IMG/VR virus record: IMGVR_UViG_3300031885_000018
Location: 1 to 53,338 of that record
From: a virus
Lineage: Duplodnaviria > Caudoviricetes
Length of the DNA: 53,338 bases
Reading direction: 5' to 3' (one strand)
The translations under genes and the position numbers were made by a program. The notes below the pieces were generated by a model. It was not told where the DNA came from. It saw nothing but the letters and a program-made list of their open reading frames with translations, and searched no databases. Position 1 is the first letter of the stretch. Every line of letters begins with the position of its first letter. Below, piece after piece: positions 8,074 to 17,470 of the stretch.

Positions 8074-9695
8074 GAATAGATGATATAAATAGCGCGGTAT
8101 GGGCTTACGGCACTAGAATATTAGTGTCGGGAGCAAATACTAGTCCTACGGACAAATTAGGTCAAATCCAACAAGCTGTCTGGCAATATAGTACAAGGAT
8201 GATGACTAATGTGTTTACTGCATATTCTACAGACATAGAATCAATTTCTAATCTAGTTGACCTAGGCGACCTAAACATAGACAGCACAACTACAACCAGT
8301 GGCCTTAATGCAATTGCTAAATATTGTTCGTTGTGTATAGAGTCAATTTCTCAATTGGTTGACTCAAATAGTTTAAACGCAGATACTCTAACGACATTTC
8401 AAAAGAATAGCTCTATCAACATAGACACCTTACTACAACTACTGAAAAGCAATGTGGTCGATATTGAGACAGCTCTATCTCTTACTAGCAACAAGTCCCT
8501 TGACATAGAGACATTGTTATCTCTTAGTAACAACAAGTCCCTTGACATAGAGACATTGTTATCTCTTAGTAACAACAAGTCCCTTGACATAGAGACATTG
8601 TTATCTCTTAGTAACAACAAGTCCCTTGACATAGAGACATTGTTATCTCTTAGTAACAACAAGCAAATCGACATAGATACGCTATTAGCTCTTAGTAACA
8701 ACAAATCCATTAATATAGACAGTGTGCTTGCAGCTAGTAATCTAGCGGTACTAGCTCAGTACGCTATCTGTATAGAGTCAATTTCTAAGTTCATTAAATC
8801 AAACAGTCTAACCGCCGACACCCTTTCTTCTCTTAGTGGTTCCAGACTGGTTAATATTGATACTGTACTTCGTTTAGCGGCGCAGAAAAATATAAGTGCA
8901 GATTCCTTGTTGTCATTAAATAAAAACGGTCTGGTTGACCTAGATACACTATTGTCACTATCTAAGAACAATAGCTCTAACCTAGATACCATATTGTCAT
9001 TCTCTAAGAATAGTAGTATTGATTTAGATACACTATTAGGGCTATCTAGAAACAATACTATAGATATAGACTCACTACTGTCGTTGTCTAAGAATAGTAC
9101 AATAGACATAGAATCGTTATTGTGGTTATCTAAAAACAATAACATTAATCTAGATTCACTATTAAGGTTATCTAAGAACAATACAGTAGACTTAGATACA
9201 CTACTAAAGCTAACTAAGAATAACGGTGTCAACCTAGAGACGCTATTGGCATTAAGTAGGGGTTACATAGCAAATATAGAATTTATCTCTATGCTTAAAA
9301 AGCAATCGCCGACAACTATAGAGAGCATCAAGCGTTTAATGTTGGCTGTAAACGCCAACGTGGATAGTTTGGGAAAGACACTTAGAGATGGGACTATTGG
9401 TGTTGAGTCTACTGCGTCAGTTGCTATCTATCCTATTAGTTCAACTTTTTCCATAGAATCCATTATTGGTGTATTAAATGTTAGTGACTTTGTTATCGAG
9501 GGGTATTTTATCCCTAGTGACCAGCCAGAGGTTGGAGTTCCTGTACTTGTAATTGTGGACCCAGAAAATAATGTGGCGGTTGTTGGTCTAGAAAATAACA
9601 CTGTGGTTGTGGACACATTTAACAACACAATAACAGTTAAGCAAAATTCTCAGATTTATAAAGTACCCAAAATAGACAATAGTATCCAATATTAA
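8070..9695 (+). CDS. 14-aa-repeat fibre/stalk protein
   Basis: Long run of NKSLDIETLLSLSN-type repeats; ATGA overlap with the upstream gene. Confidence 0.6.
   Translation: MRIDDINSAVWAYGTRILVSGANTSPTDKLGQIQQAVWQYSTRMMTNVFTAYSTDIESISNLVDLGDLNIDSTTTTSGLNAIAKYCSLCIESISQLVDSNSLNADTLTTFQKNSSINIDTLLQLLKSNVVDIETALSLTSNKSLDIETLLSLSNNKSLDIETLLSLSNNKSLDIETLLSLSNNKSLDIETLLSLSNNKQIDIDTLLALSNNKSINIDSVLAASNLAVLAQYAICIESISKFIKSNSLTADTLSSLSGSRLVNIDTVLRLAAQKNISADSLLSLNKNGLVDLDTLLSLSKNNSSNLDTILSFSKNSSIDLDTLLGLSRNNTIDIDSLLSLSKNSTIDIESLLWLSKNNNINLDSLLRLSKNNTVDLDTLLKLTKNNGVNLETLLALSRGYIANIEFISMLKKQSPTTIESIKRLMLAVNANVDSLGKTLRDGTIGVESTASVAIYPISSTFSIESIIGVLNVSDFVIEGYFIPSDQPEVGVPVLVIVDPENNVAVVGLENNTVVVDTFNNTITVKQNSQIYKVPKIDNSIQY
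8489..8663 (+). repeat. Perfect 42-bp coding tandem repeat (4 copies plus 7 bp)
   Basis: CAACAAGTCCCTTGACATAGAGACATTGTTATCTCTTAGTAA at 8489, 8531, 8573 and 8615. Confidence 0.95.
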
Positions 9696-9718
9696 TAAGT
9701 GACACATAGAGGTAAAAC

Positions 9719-10462
9719 ATGCCAATTTCATCTGGTGACCTAGTATTCTACGGTAGCGCAAACATGCCGACTGGCGATGCCACTACTGCTGGTGGTGCTA
9801 TAGATACATCAACAAGGGTAATATTTGATGATACTACACTAGCTAATGCTGTTGGACCATCTGTATTGTCTGTTGTTTCTACTATAGCTGGAGACAATAG
9901 CGGCATTTTAATTTACGGTAGAGATGCCGGTGGTGCCCTAATTAACTCCACTATTACTCTTAGTGGGCTAACACCAGTTACCGGAGTTGTATCTTATGAT
10001 AGGATTCATATGGTAAGTGGTCAGCATAACGGAACACTTTCTCTTAAGAAAGCTGCTTCTGTTATTGTAGCTATGGAGTCTGGCGTGAATGTTATTCGTC
10101 GTCCATTTTTCAATGCTATTGCTGATGCTTCTGGTGGCTCTTCAAGAACATATTATGAAAAGGTATTCCTAAAGAATAACCATGCAACACTTACACTAAC
10201 ATCTGCTTTCATTAGCGGTTCTTCTTCTGGTCTTGCATCATTTGTAGATATTTCAGCAGAAAGCGGTACTGGTGGAACAACAACTATTACTAATCGCCTA
10301 ACTTCCCCAACTGGAATTTCTCCATTCGGAGATGGAAGTGTTTCAATAGCTAATGTTGTAGCTGGTGGAACACAGCCGGTATGGTTGTCATTAACGCTAG
10401 CTGCTGGCACAGCTCCTCAACTTGGTCTATACACAATTGCTGCACTAGGAAACACAACCTAA
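9719..10462 (+). CDS. Virion structural protein (beta-rich)
   Basis: 247 aa, Gly/Ser/Thr-rich, YYEKVFLKNNH...L motif, located in the head-neck module, GAGG RBS. Confidence 0.55.
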   Translation: MPISSGDLVFYGSANMPTGDATTAGGAIDTSTRVIFDDTTLANAVGPSVLSVVSTIAGDNSGILIYGRDAGGALINSTITLSGLTPVTGVVSYDRIHMVSGQHNGTLSLKKAASVIVAMESGVNVIRRPFFNAIADASGGSSRTYYEKVFLKNNHATLTLTSAFISGSSSGLASFVDISAESGTGGTTTITNRLTSPTGISPFGDGSVSIANVVAGGTQPVWLSLTLAAGTAPQLGLYTIAALGNTT

Positions 10463-10478
10463 TAATTAAGGTAGCTAC

Positions 10479-11276
10479 ATGATTCTATATAAAGAAGCAA
10501 ATGAGTCAAAGGTATTTGGCGTAGACTTTTCTGCGAATTTAGCTACTGGCGAAACCATATCTAGTTCAACGATAACATCAGACACGGTAGGACTTACCAT
10601 TGGTAGCCCATCAATATCTGCTGGAATAGTGACCTTTAGGATTTCCGGTGGCGTTGTTGGTACGTCCTATGGATTAACGGTATCAGCGGTTACATCGGAA
10701 TCAAACACATACGAACAGTGTGTGACTCTTTCAATTAATGAGTGTGACGACCTACTATCTTTGGTTACATCACTAAGGGTTATGATTAATGATTTGGAGA
10801 CAGACCCAACGTATTCTGACAATAGACTAAAGCAAGTTTTGTGTGTGGCAGCGCAACAGGTAAAGGTTCATCTAAACTTTACAGATTATACGATTAATCT
10901 TCTAGCTCTAACAATTACGCCAAATCCAACAGCAGCAGCTACGTTAGACGAAGCATATGCGGCCCTAGTAGTTCTAAAGGCTGCGTGTTTTATAGATACA
11001 AATGCACTTAGGACTAAGGCGGCTCTGGCTGGAATAAGAGCTACTCTTGGTGCCCTAAGTCTAGATACAAGCAACAATATTCAAGGATATATCAACACAA
11101 TCAAGTTGGGTCCATGTGCAATGTTTGATGACCTAGCCGCCGATTATGCTATTGGTAATCCAAATATTTGGAAAGCTATACTTAGTCCATTCATTAATAA
11201 TCAATTTGACCCAAGAAATTTACAGTCAACAGAAGTACGTAATCGTACAGGCAACTTTAATAGTGGAGAATTTTAA
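10479..11276 (+). CDS. Head-tail connector with an N-terminal Ig-like fibre-adaptor domain
   Basis: The N-terminal ~88 aa (KE.NE.K.FGVDF...L..GETI...ISGG..G..Y) resemble phage fibre adaptors. The remainder (LRVMINDL...YSDNRL.Q.L) resembles gp6/gp15-type connectors. Confidence 0.6.
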   Translation: MILYKEANESKVFGVDFSANLATGETISSSTITSDTVGLTIGSPSISAGIVTFRISGGVVGTSYGLTVSAVTSESNTYEQCVTLSINECDDLLSLVTSLRVMINDLETDPTYSDNRLKQVLCVAAQQVKVHLNFTDYTINLLALTITPNPTAAATLDEAYAALVVLKAACFIDTNALRTKAALAGIRATLGALSLDTSNNIQGYINTIKLGPCAMFDDLAADYAIGNPNIWKAILSPFINNQFDPRNLQSTEVRNRTGNFNSGEF

Positions 11277-11470
11277 TGGGAATAGATGTAATAAAGGCTA
11301 TAACAGCTAACAACATAAAGAACGGAAGTGTTGTACTAGGTAGAGTTGGTGGTACTTATGCCGCCGGTCCTCTAGCCGAGAACAGCAGCGTAAGCAACAA
11401 TCCAACAATTACAACAATAGAGTCAAAGTACGGCGCTCGTTTCGATGACGCTAGTTACTACAACAACTAA
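11276..11470 (+). CDS. Small hypothetical virion protein
   Basis: 64 aa with TAATG coupling at both ends. Confidence 0.6.
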   Translation: MGIDVIKAITANNIKNGSVVLGRVGGTYAAGPLAENSSVSNNPTITTIESKYGARFDDASYYNN

Positions 11471-12003
11471 TGAGTAATCCATTCGCCGGTATAATAACGC
11501 CCGAGTTTAAGGCATTATTCAATAATGCGATAGACGCCCTATTGGAAAGTACGGCCCTAACGGTCCCGTGTAGGATTGTATTTGGAACAACAAAGAACAC
11601 CGAGTGCCCTAATTGTGTATTGGATACGAACGCAAGGGTATCCGCCAATAAATACAAAGCAGGTGGCCCTAGTTCTTTTCCTCTGGGTTCTATTTGTCCG
11701 ATGTGCGCGGGTGTAGGATTTATTGCGGTAGATACCAGTCAGATAATCTACATGGCTGTTATTTACAACGAGCAGCGTTCTAAGTTCATCAAGACAGGAT
11801 TGAATCTTACGGCCTCAGACTACTTTGTACAGACAATATCACACGCTTCTACCTATGCGGCCCTTAAGAATGCCAAAGAGGTAGTTTTTGATACGGCGGT
11901 CGAGGGACAGGCAACTAGGAACTTTCAGAGATACGGCGACCCAACTCCAGTAGGTTTTGGTGATAGTGCCTACATAATAACACTTTGGACAATAGATAAG
12001 TAA
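11470..12003 (+). CDS. Neck/head-closure protein with a Zn-finger
   Basis: CPNC...CPMCAGVG; position after the connector. Confidence 0.55.
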   Translation: MSNPFAGIITPEFKALFNNAIDALLESTALTVPCRIVFGTTKNTECPNCVLDTNARVSANKYKAGGPSSFPLGSICPMCAGVGFIAVDTSQIIYMAVIYNEQRSKFIKTGLNLTASDYFVQTISHASTYAALKNAKEVVFDTAVEGQATRNFQRYGDPTPVGFGDSAYIITLWTIDK

Positions 12004-12611
12004 TGAAGATACTTCAGACAGATGCTCAAATTGAGAAGATGATTGCTGACATAACACTAGAACACTATCAACAAGTTATGCGCGCTGCTAGGAAACCAAT
12101 AGTCAATAGAATTAGAGAAGTGGTTATTGAGGCGATTAAGAGAGAGCCGGAATACGAGTCTCTTTTGAACGGTAGACTTCTCGGTGAGTTTGGCCTAACG
12201 GGCGCTGAGCAGAAACTAGCAACTATATTGAATGTGTGGGCTCAAGACATACATATTGTGGTCGCTAAAAAAACCATAGCTATTACGGTAATCGGCGGCA
12301 ACTTTGAAGATGTGTTGGCTTTACCAGAAGCCAGACAGATTACAGAGAAGGGGCAGTCTTTAGAATGGTTAGACTGGTTGCTTATTCAGGGTGATAAAAC
12401 AATCATCAAAGAGTATACAATCAAGAAGTCTTTCAATAAGGATAGTAGAACTGGATTAGCGGTGATGGTAGAGAGCAAGAAAGGAAAGTGGGCGGTTCCA
12501 TCTCAATACTCAGGAACTCCTAGAGATAACTGGGTTACAAGGGCGATTAGAAATATACATGCTAGTTCTATAGAAGAAGTCATCATTCAGGAAGTAACAT
12601 CTAGATGGTAG
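12003..12611 (+). CDS. Neck/tail completion protein (HK97 gp10-like position)
   Basis: Synteny; C-terminal SGTPRDNWVTRAI pattern. Confidence 0.45.
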   Translation: MKILQTDAQIEKMIADITLEHYQQVMRAARKPIVNRIREVVIEAIKREPEYESLLNGRLLGEFGLTGAEQKLATILNVWAQDIHIVVAKKTIAITVIGGNFEDVLALPEARQITEKGQSLEWLDWLLIQGDKTIIKEYTIKKSFNKDSRTGLAVMVESKKGKWAVPSQYSGTPRDNWVTRAIRNIHASSIEEVIIQEVTSRW

Positions 12612-13570
12612 AATCATATACAGTATTTAAGGGCGTAACAAGTATCGGCAGCACGCTGGTAATGAACGAACTTGAAAATAACATGAAGACTTACCTAGAC
12701 TGGGGGTTCTTAAATATAGGCGGTTTCGTAAATGTTCAGATTCCTGCTAGTAGCTCTTTCGGTGGAAACTTTCATCAACTAAGGCAATCAGCGGACCCAA
12801 CCTATGCAAGTGGTACAGTCTGGGAGACAATAAGGAAAGACTGGGTGTGGGAAACAGGAGTTGTTTATGAGGGAACTTCGCCCATAGCAATTTCTGGTGT
12901 TTGGATTAATAATCAGTTCTATGCTCCAGGTGATGCAACATGGGGTCACTATTACGACTATAGGAATGGTAGGGTTATTTTCAACAACCCAGTTTCTTTA
13001 TCTAGTGGCGTATCAATGAACTATAGCTATCGCTATGTGCAAACATATGTAGCTAATGATGCTCAGTGGTTCTACGAGGGTCAGTACGATTCGTTTAAGC
13101 CGGGAAGTACACAGTGGGCAACATCCCCATTAAATAGTGGAGACTATTCTGTGCCGCCGCAGCATAGGGTACAGTATCCAGCAATCATTATTGAGGCTGT
13201 GCCAAGAGCTTATAACAAACCATACGAACTAGGTAATTCTGCTCTATGGGTTGAACAAGATGTTAAATTCAATATTGTAGCTGAGAATAAATGGGGAAGA
13301 AATAAGCTAATAGATGTGCTTAGGTTAGAAGATAACCATGTAATCTATTTGTATAACAGCGATTCTGTCGCAAGGTCTGGGCTTAATTCACTTGACTACA
13401 GGGGTATGTTGGTAAATACAACTGGAAACTATCCGTATTTGGTCAACAATTATCCATTCGTTAAGTGCTATTTCAAGGATACAACAGTTGCCGAAGTAGA
13501 GTCAATTAGCGCAAATCTACATGAAGCATCTGTCCGTATCACTATGGAAATGGTTTTACATAAAATATAG
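12605..13570 (+). CDS. Tail terminator-like protein
   Basis: VQYPAIIIE...PYELGN...QDV.FNIVAE...RNKLID; immediately before the tail tube gene. Confidence 0.55.
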   Translation: MVESYTVFKGVTSIGSTLVMNELENNMKTYLDWGFLNIGGFVNVQIPASSSFGGNFHQLRQSADPTYASGTVWETIRKDWVWETGVVYEGTSPIAISGVWINNQFYAPGDATWGHYYDYRNGRVIFNNPVSLSSGVSMNYSYRYVQTYVANDAQWFYEGQYDSFKPGSTQWATSPLNSGDYSVPPQHRVQYPAIIIEAVPRAYNKPYELGNSALWVEQDVKFNIVAENKWGRNKLIDVLRLEDNHVIYLYNSDSVARSGLNSLDYRGMLVNTTGNYPYLVNNYPFVKCYFKDTTVAEVESISANLHEASVRITMEMVLHKI

Positions 13571-13578
13571 TCTCAAAT

Positions 13579-13588
13579 GGTGTATTAT
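13579..13588 (+). promoter_or_regulatory. Putative late promoter GGTGTATTAT
   Basis: Intergenic, 54 nt before the tail tube ATG; identical to the 4637 and 34312 copies. Confidence 0.6.
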
Positions 13589-13632
13589 CATTAGAGAACA
13601 GGTTTTCCTACTAAATGGAGCAATAATAAAAC

Positions 13633-14781
13633 ATGGCTAACAAGCGTATTTTTTATGCTATCGAGCAAGTTGGTGTTAAAAATGACGCCGACGCTGGACA
13701 ATTCAATGCGCTTCATGGCGTACAGTCCTGTGGTATTACCACGAACTTCAATCTTAACCAGGTTTTTGAGCTTGGTCAGATTGCTATTTATGCGAACATA
13801 GAAGATTTGCCAGATGTGCAGATTACACTTTCCAAGGTTCTTGACGGTTATCCATTGATATACCACAGAGCTACGGTAGGTGCTACTGCTCCAACATTGG
13901 TAGGTCGCTCAACATGCAAGTGCGTTGTTGCGCTAGCTATTTTCCCAGACACAAACACATCTGCTACGGGTGCCCCAGGCTCAATGGTTGAAGCCTCTGG
14001 TCAGTTCGTATCTTCTGCCTCTTATCGTTTCGGCGTAGACGACCAAGGAACAGAAGAAGTAAGTCTAGTTGGTAACAACAAGATTTGGAAGAACGACTCC
14101 AGAATTCTTAGCGGCGAAACAGTGTCTATTACATTCAGCGGCCAGTTCACATCTGGTGCTGATGTTCCTGCTGCTTCTGTCGGTATTAGCCGTAGACAGC
14201 ACATCGTCTTCACTCCAACAGTAGGTACAACAGACGCTAACGGTCAGATTACTGACCCAGACTGTACAATTCTTCCGATTGAAGTCGAAGGTATCAATGA
14301 GAGTGGTGTTAATGTTCAGGCTTCTGATAGTACAACAACCGCCCACGTTCAGACTCTAGGCGTAAACGTAGACTTTAACCGTACAGCTCTTAACGAGCTA
14401 GGTCACTTGGCTCCGTATACACGTTATATCAACTTCCCAGTTCAGGTTACAACAGAAATCGGCGTTATCTCCGCTTCTGGTGACTTGGTATCTGCTACTG
14501 AAAAGGGTATTTACACAACTGGTTCAGGATGTGGTGCTTTCCAGGGTAACCTAAAGAACAACACAATCCGTATTGCTACTTGCGAAGGTACACGTATCTA
14601 CTGTGGTCTAAAGAACAAACTACAGTCCATTAACTACACTGGTGGTGACACCGGCGGTGGTAATGTCCAGGTAACATACAGCTATCGTAACTTCAACGAC
14701 TTTACTGTCATGCACTCAGGCGACCCGCACGCTAGCGGTGCTGCTTGGTGGACGGCACGCGCAACTTATTTGTGCAACTAA
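13633..14781 (+). CDS. Major tail tube protein
   Basis: MANKRIFYA...HGVQS.GITTNFNL.QVFELGQ; MCP-like codon bias; has its own promoter motif and terminator. Confidence 0.75.
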   Translation: MANKRIFYAIEQVGVKNDADAGQFNALHGVQSCGITTNFNLNQVFELGQIAIYANIEDLPDVQITLSKVLDGYPLIYHRATVGATAPTLVGRSTCKCVVALAIFPDTNTSATGAPGSMVEASGQFVSSASYRFGVDDQGTEEVSLVGNNKIWKNDSRILSGETVSITFSGQFTSGADVPAASVGISRRQHIVFTPTVGTTDANGQITDPDCTILPIEVEGINESGVNVQASDSTTTAHVQTLGVNVDFNRTALNELGHLAPYTRYINFPVQVTTEIGVISASGDLVSATEKGIYTTGSGCGAFQGNLKNNTIRIATCEGTRIYCGLKNKLQSINYTGGDTGGGNVQVTYSYRNFNDFTVMHSGDPHASGAAWWTARATYLCN

Positions 14782-14793
14782 TGGCGTAAGCAT

Positions 14794-14835
14794 AAGGGGG
14801 CTGTGCGGGGGTAAAACCCCGCACAACCCTCTTTT
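14794..14835 (+). terminator. Rho-independent terminator
   Basis: AAGGGGGCTGTGCGGGG-loop-CCCCGCACAACCCTCTTTT. Confidence 0.85.
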
Positions 14836-14873
14836 CGGTTAGTAAGAACAGGATTATCAGGAATACAATATCT

Positions 14874-15044
14874 ATGGATGAAAGCTTCGTATTACAAACT
14901 ATAGGACGTTTGTATCTAGACAATCTGCGTATGCAGTTAATAGTCAAAGATGCAGCCACTAAAGATGCTCAGCTTCTAGAGCTACGTCGTCAGTTAGACG
15001 AATTGCAGAGAGCGGCTATCAATGAATCAAACAGAAAAAGCTGA
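14874..15044 (+). CDS. Small coiled-coil protein (56 aa, absent from the ORF track)
   Basis: MDESFVLQTIGRLYLDNLRMQLIVKDAATKDAQLLELRRQLDELQRAAINESNRKS; AGGA upstream; fills the gap and overlaps the next gene. Confidence 0.55.
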   Translation: MDESFVLQTIGRLYLDNLRMQLIVKDAATKDAQLLELRRQLDELQRAAINESNRKS

Positions 15045-16047
15045 GACGATTTATAGAATCATCTCTGGCATAAATGAGATTAGCTGGGCGGACGATGAAT
15101 ACATAGTCAAAAACCCCGACATAGACATACTGTACAAAGCTACCAAGATGCACAATGATATTGTACGCAAACTAAGGTACAATGATGAGTGGCTTAGTGC
15201 AGGCGAGATTGACAGGCTTCTTTTATCCCAGAAACTTATTCCGCCGAACATAGATGAAGTTATTAAGGAGATGGGTAAGCAGGTAGAAGATATTAAGGTA
15301 AGTATGTATAAGTCTTACCTTAAAAAAGAGATATTAGCAATGTTGAGAACTAGGCTTAAACTGCTCAAAGATAAGTTAAATGAAACAGTGAACGCTAAGC
15401 ATATGTTTGACTATGTTACTAGTGATGGCTACGCTATAATGTTGAAGAATCAGTTTGTTCTAGCGAACACGCTATTTTTCAAAGATGGCACTAAGGTATT
15501 TGATTCTTTTGAAAACGCCGACTATAGATTGCTAGACAATATAATGAGCGTATTGAACGATAAATACCTGACAAGTGAAGAGATTAGAGAGTTAGCCAGA
15601 ACCGAGCCGTGGAGGCCGATATGGTCAAACTCAAAGGAGAAGGCTGTTCAGGGGGTTGGGTATGAGTGGACAGATGAGCAAAGAGCTATAATTTCTTACT
15701 CTAGGATGTACGACAGTATCTATGATAACCCAGAATGTCCAAGTGACGAGATTCTTGAAGATGATGATATTCTAGATGGATGGCTAATCAATCTAAGAAG
15801 GACTAGAGAAAAAGACAAGAAGACAAGTGAGCTAGAAAATTGGTTGGGCGATAAGTATAAGGACGCCGGCGAAGTATTCTTACCAGCATCAAACCAAGAG
15901 AACGCTCAGGAAATATTTGATTTGAACAGTGAGCATATGAGGCAACTTAAGGCACAAAGAGATAAGGCCATAAGGGACAGAGGAGTCTTAAACGAAGCAG
16001 AGCTACCAGACGTTATGTTAGATAGGGTAGTTCAGGTAAATAGATAA
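15022..16047 (+). CDS. Hypothetical protein, tail assembly chaperone region
   Basis: 341 aa, helical and charged, between tail tube and tape measure. Confidence 0.55.
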   Translation: MNQTEKAETIYRIISGINEISWADDEYIVKNPDIDILYKATKMHNDIVRKLRYNDEWLSAGEIDRLLLSQKLIPPNIDEVIKEMGKQVEDIKVSMYKSYLKKEILAMLRTRLKLLKDKLNETVNAKHMFDYVTSDGYAIMLKNQFVLANTLFFKDGTKVFDSFENADYRLLDNIMSVLNDKYLTSEEIRELARTEPWRPIWSNSKEKAVQGVGYEWTDEQRAIISYSRMYDSIYDNPECPSDEILEDDDILDGWLINLRRTREKDKKTSELENWLGDKYKDAGEVFLPASNQENAQEIFDLNSEHMRQLKAQRDKAIRDRGVLNEAELPDVMLDRVVQVNR

Positions 16048-16058
16048 GGAATAATACT

Positions 16059-16463
16059 ATGGTAGATATGGAAAGAGTTTCTTTGCTTAGGCAAGAGCTT
16101 TTAGAAACTGCTGAAGCAGAGCGTGTGAAAAAGAATAATGAGGATAAGTATAAGGAAAACTCAAAGAAGAGATTAATGTCTGTCATAGAGAAGAAGTTCA
16201 AGACTACTATGATAGGGGCGCTCGCTAGGGTTGAAGATGGCTTCGGTTCCTTGTGGGGTCATGGACAAAGAGACTTAACGCCAGAGCAGCAAGAATTTCG
16301 CAAGCTTTGGACCGAGGTTAGGACAGACGTTCTTAATAATGGAAACAATCAGCTTAGGGGTGCGCTAGACGAAATAGCAAACTACACCATGAGCTGGGAT
16401 AAATTCAAGACAGAATTCGTAATTAGACCTAGAGAAGAAAAAGGATGTGAGAACGATGAGTAA
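16059..16463 (+). CDS. Hypothetical helical protein
   Basis: 134 aa, AAGGA RBS. Confidence 0.6.
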   Translation: MVDMERVSLLRQELLETAEAERVKKNNEDKYKENSKKRLMSVIEKKFKTTMIGALARVEDGFGSLWGHGQRDLTPEQQEFRKLWTEVRTDVLNNGNNQLRGALDEIANYTMSWDKFKTEFVIRPREEKGCENDE

Positions 16464-17391
16464 AACCAAGAAAGAACAAGAAGAGTACACATTACCAGAT
16501 GGTAGGAAACTAACACTTCGTCTACCGGGTGTAAAGGAATTCAGAGAGGCCCAGAGCGTATACAATGCTGAGTTTAAGAATTCAGTTGATAGCGGCGCTT
16601 TCCTAAGAGTCAGCCTTGACGACTTTGCTAAGAAGCAGGGCGTTTGGAGCGATGAGAAGCAGGCCGAGTACGATAGTATTAGGCACCAGATTCTAGAGAA
16701 CGAGAAGGCTCTAGAAAAGGGTGGTATTAAGCTAAGTCAGGCTAAGGCTCTAGCTCTAGAAATGGTTGAGCTTCGTGGTAATCTTAGAAGCTTAATCGCT
16801 CCTCGTAGCGAACTCGATAATAAGACTGCTGAAGGACAGGCTGACAATGAAAAGTTTAACTATCTAATATCGGCCTGTTTGGTGTATAAAGATACAGGTA
16901 AGCCCTATTTTGCGAAGGACGAAAACCATGCAAGCGGTTATGCTGCATTCTTGAATGCCCAGACCGACCCTGCCGCTATATGGGGTGCTACGCAGCTCAG
17001 TGCGGTCATGTACGGCCTCGATAATAACTTTGAGGCTAAACTACCAGAGTTTAGATTCTTAAAGGAATACGGCTTTATAGACGACCAGCTACGCCTAATA
17101 AACAAGGATGGTCATCTAGTTGATAAAGATGGTAGGCTTGTAGATGAGCAAGGTAGGTTTATCAACGAAAAGAACCAGTTTGTTGACAGGGATGGTAACC
17201 TAGTTGACGAAGATGGTAATTATGTGGTCGAAAAGAAACCGTTCTTGGATGACGACGGTAAAGAAGTGGTATTGAAAACAGATACCCCAGAGGTAAAAGA
17301 GGTACAATTAGAGGCTGTTGCCGAAAAAGTATCTCCAAAAGTAGATAGCGTTCCTCCAATGCTAGAGGTTGTATCGGAGGATGAAAAATAA
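16447..17391 (+). CDS. Probable tail assembly chaperone with 7-aa D.DG.L(V/I) repeats
   Basis: Directly before the tape measure; acidic; start may be ATG 16456. Confidence 0.55.
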   Translation: MRTMSKTKKEQEEYTLPDGRKLTLRLPGVKEFREAQSVYNAEFKNSVDSGAFLRVSLDDFAKKQGVWSDEKQAEYDSIRHQILENEKALEKGGIKLSQAKALALEMVELRGNLRSLIAPRSELDNKTAEGQADNEKFNYLISACLVYKDTGKPYFAKDENHASGYAAFLNAQTDPAAIWGATQLSAVMYGLDNNFEAKLPEFRFLKEYGFIDDQLRLINKDGHLVDKDGRLVDEQGRFINEKNQFVDRDGNLVDEDGNYVVEKKPFLDDDGKEVVLKTDTPEVKEVQLEAVAEKVSPKVDSVPPMLEVVSEDEK

Positions 17392-17402
17392 GCGGACAGT
17401 GT

Positions 17403-17460
17403 AAGCTATACGGATAGTGCATAAGTGTTAATTCTTGTGTCTATTCGTGTAGCTTTTTTT
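17403..17460 (+). terminator. Long hairpin plus U-tract before the tape measure gene
   Basis: AAGCTATACGGATAG pairs with CTATTCGTGTAGCTT (two G:U pairs), extended by GCATAAG/CTTGTGT, then a T run. Confidence 0.7.
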
Positions 17461-17470
17461 ATAGGTAAAC

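Noticed and set aside
8489-8663. CRISPR-like array
   Set aside because: The repeats are contiguous with no spacers and encode in-frame 14-aa units.
15022-17391. Programmed G/GT frameshift
   Set aside because: I found no convincing slippery heptamer at the ORF ends; each ORF has its own plausible start.
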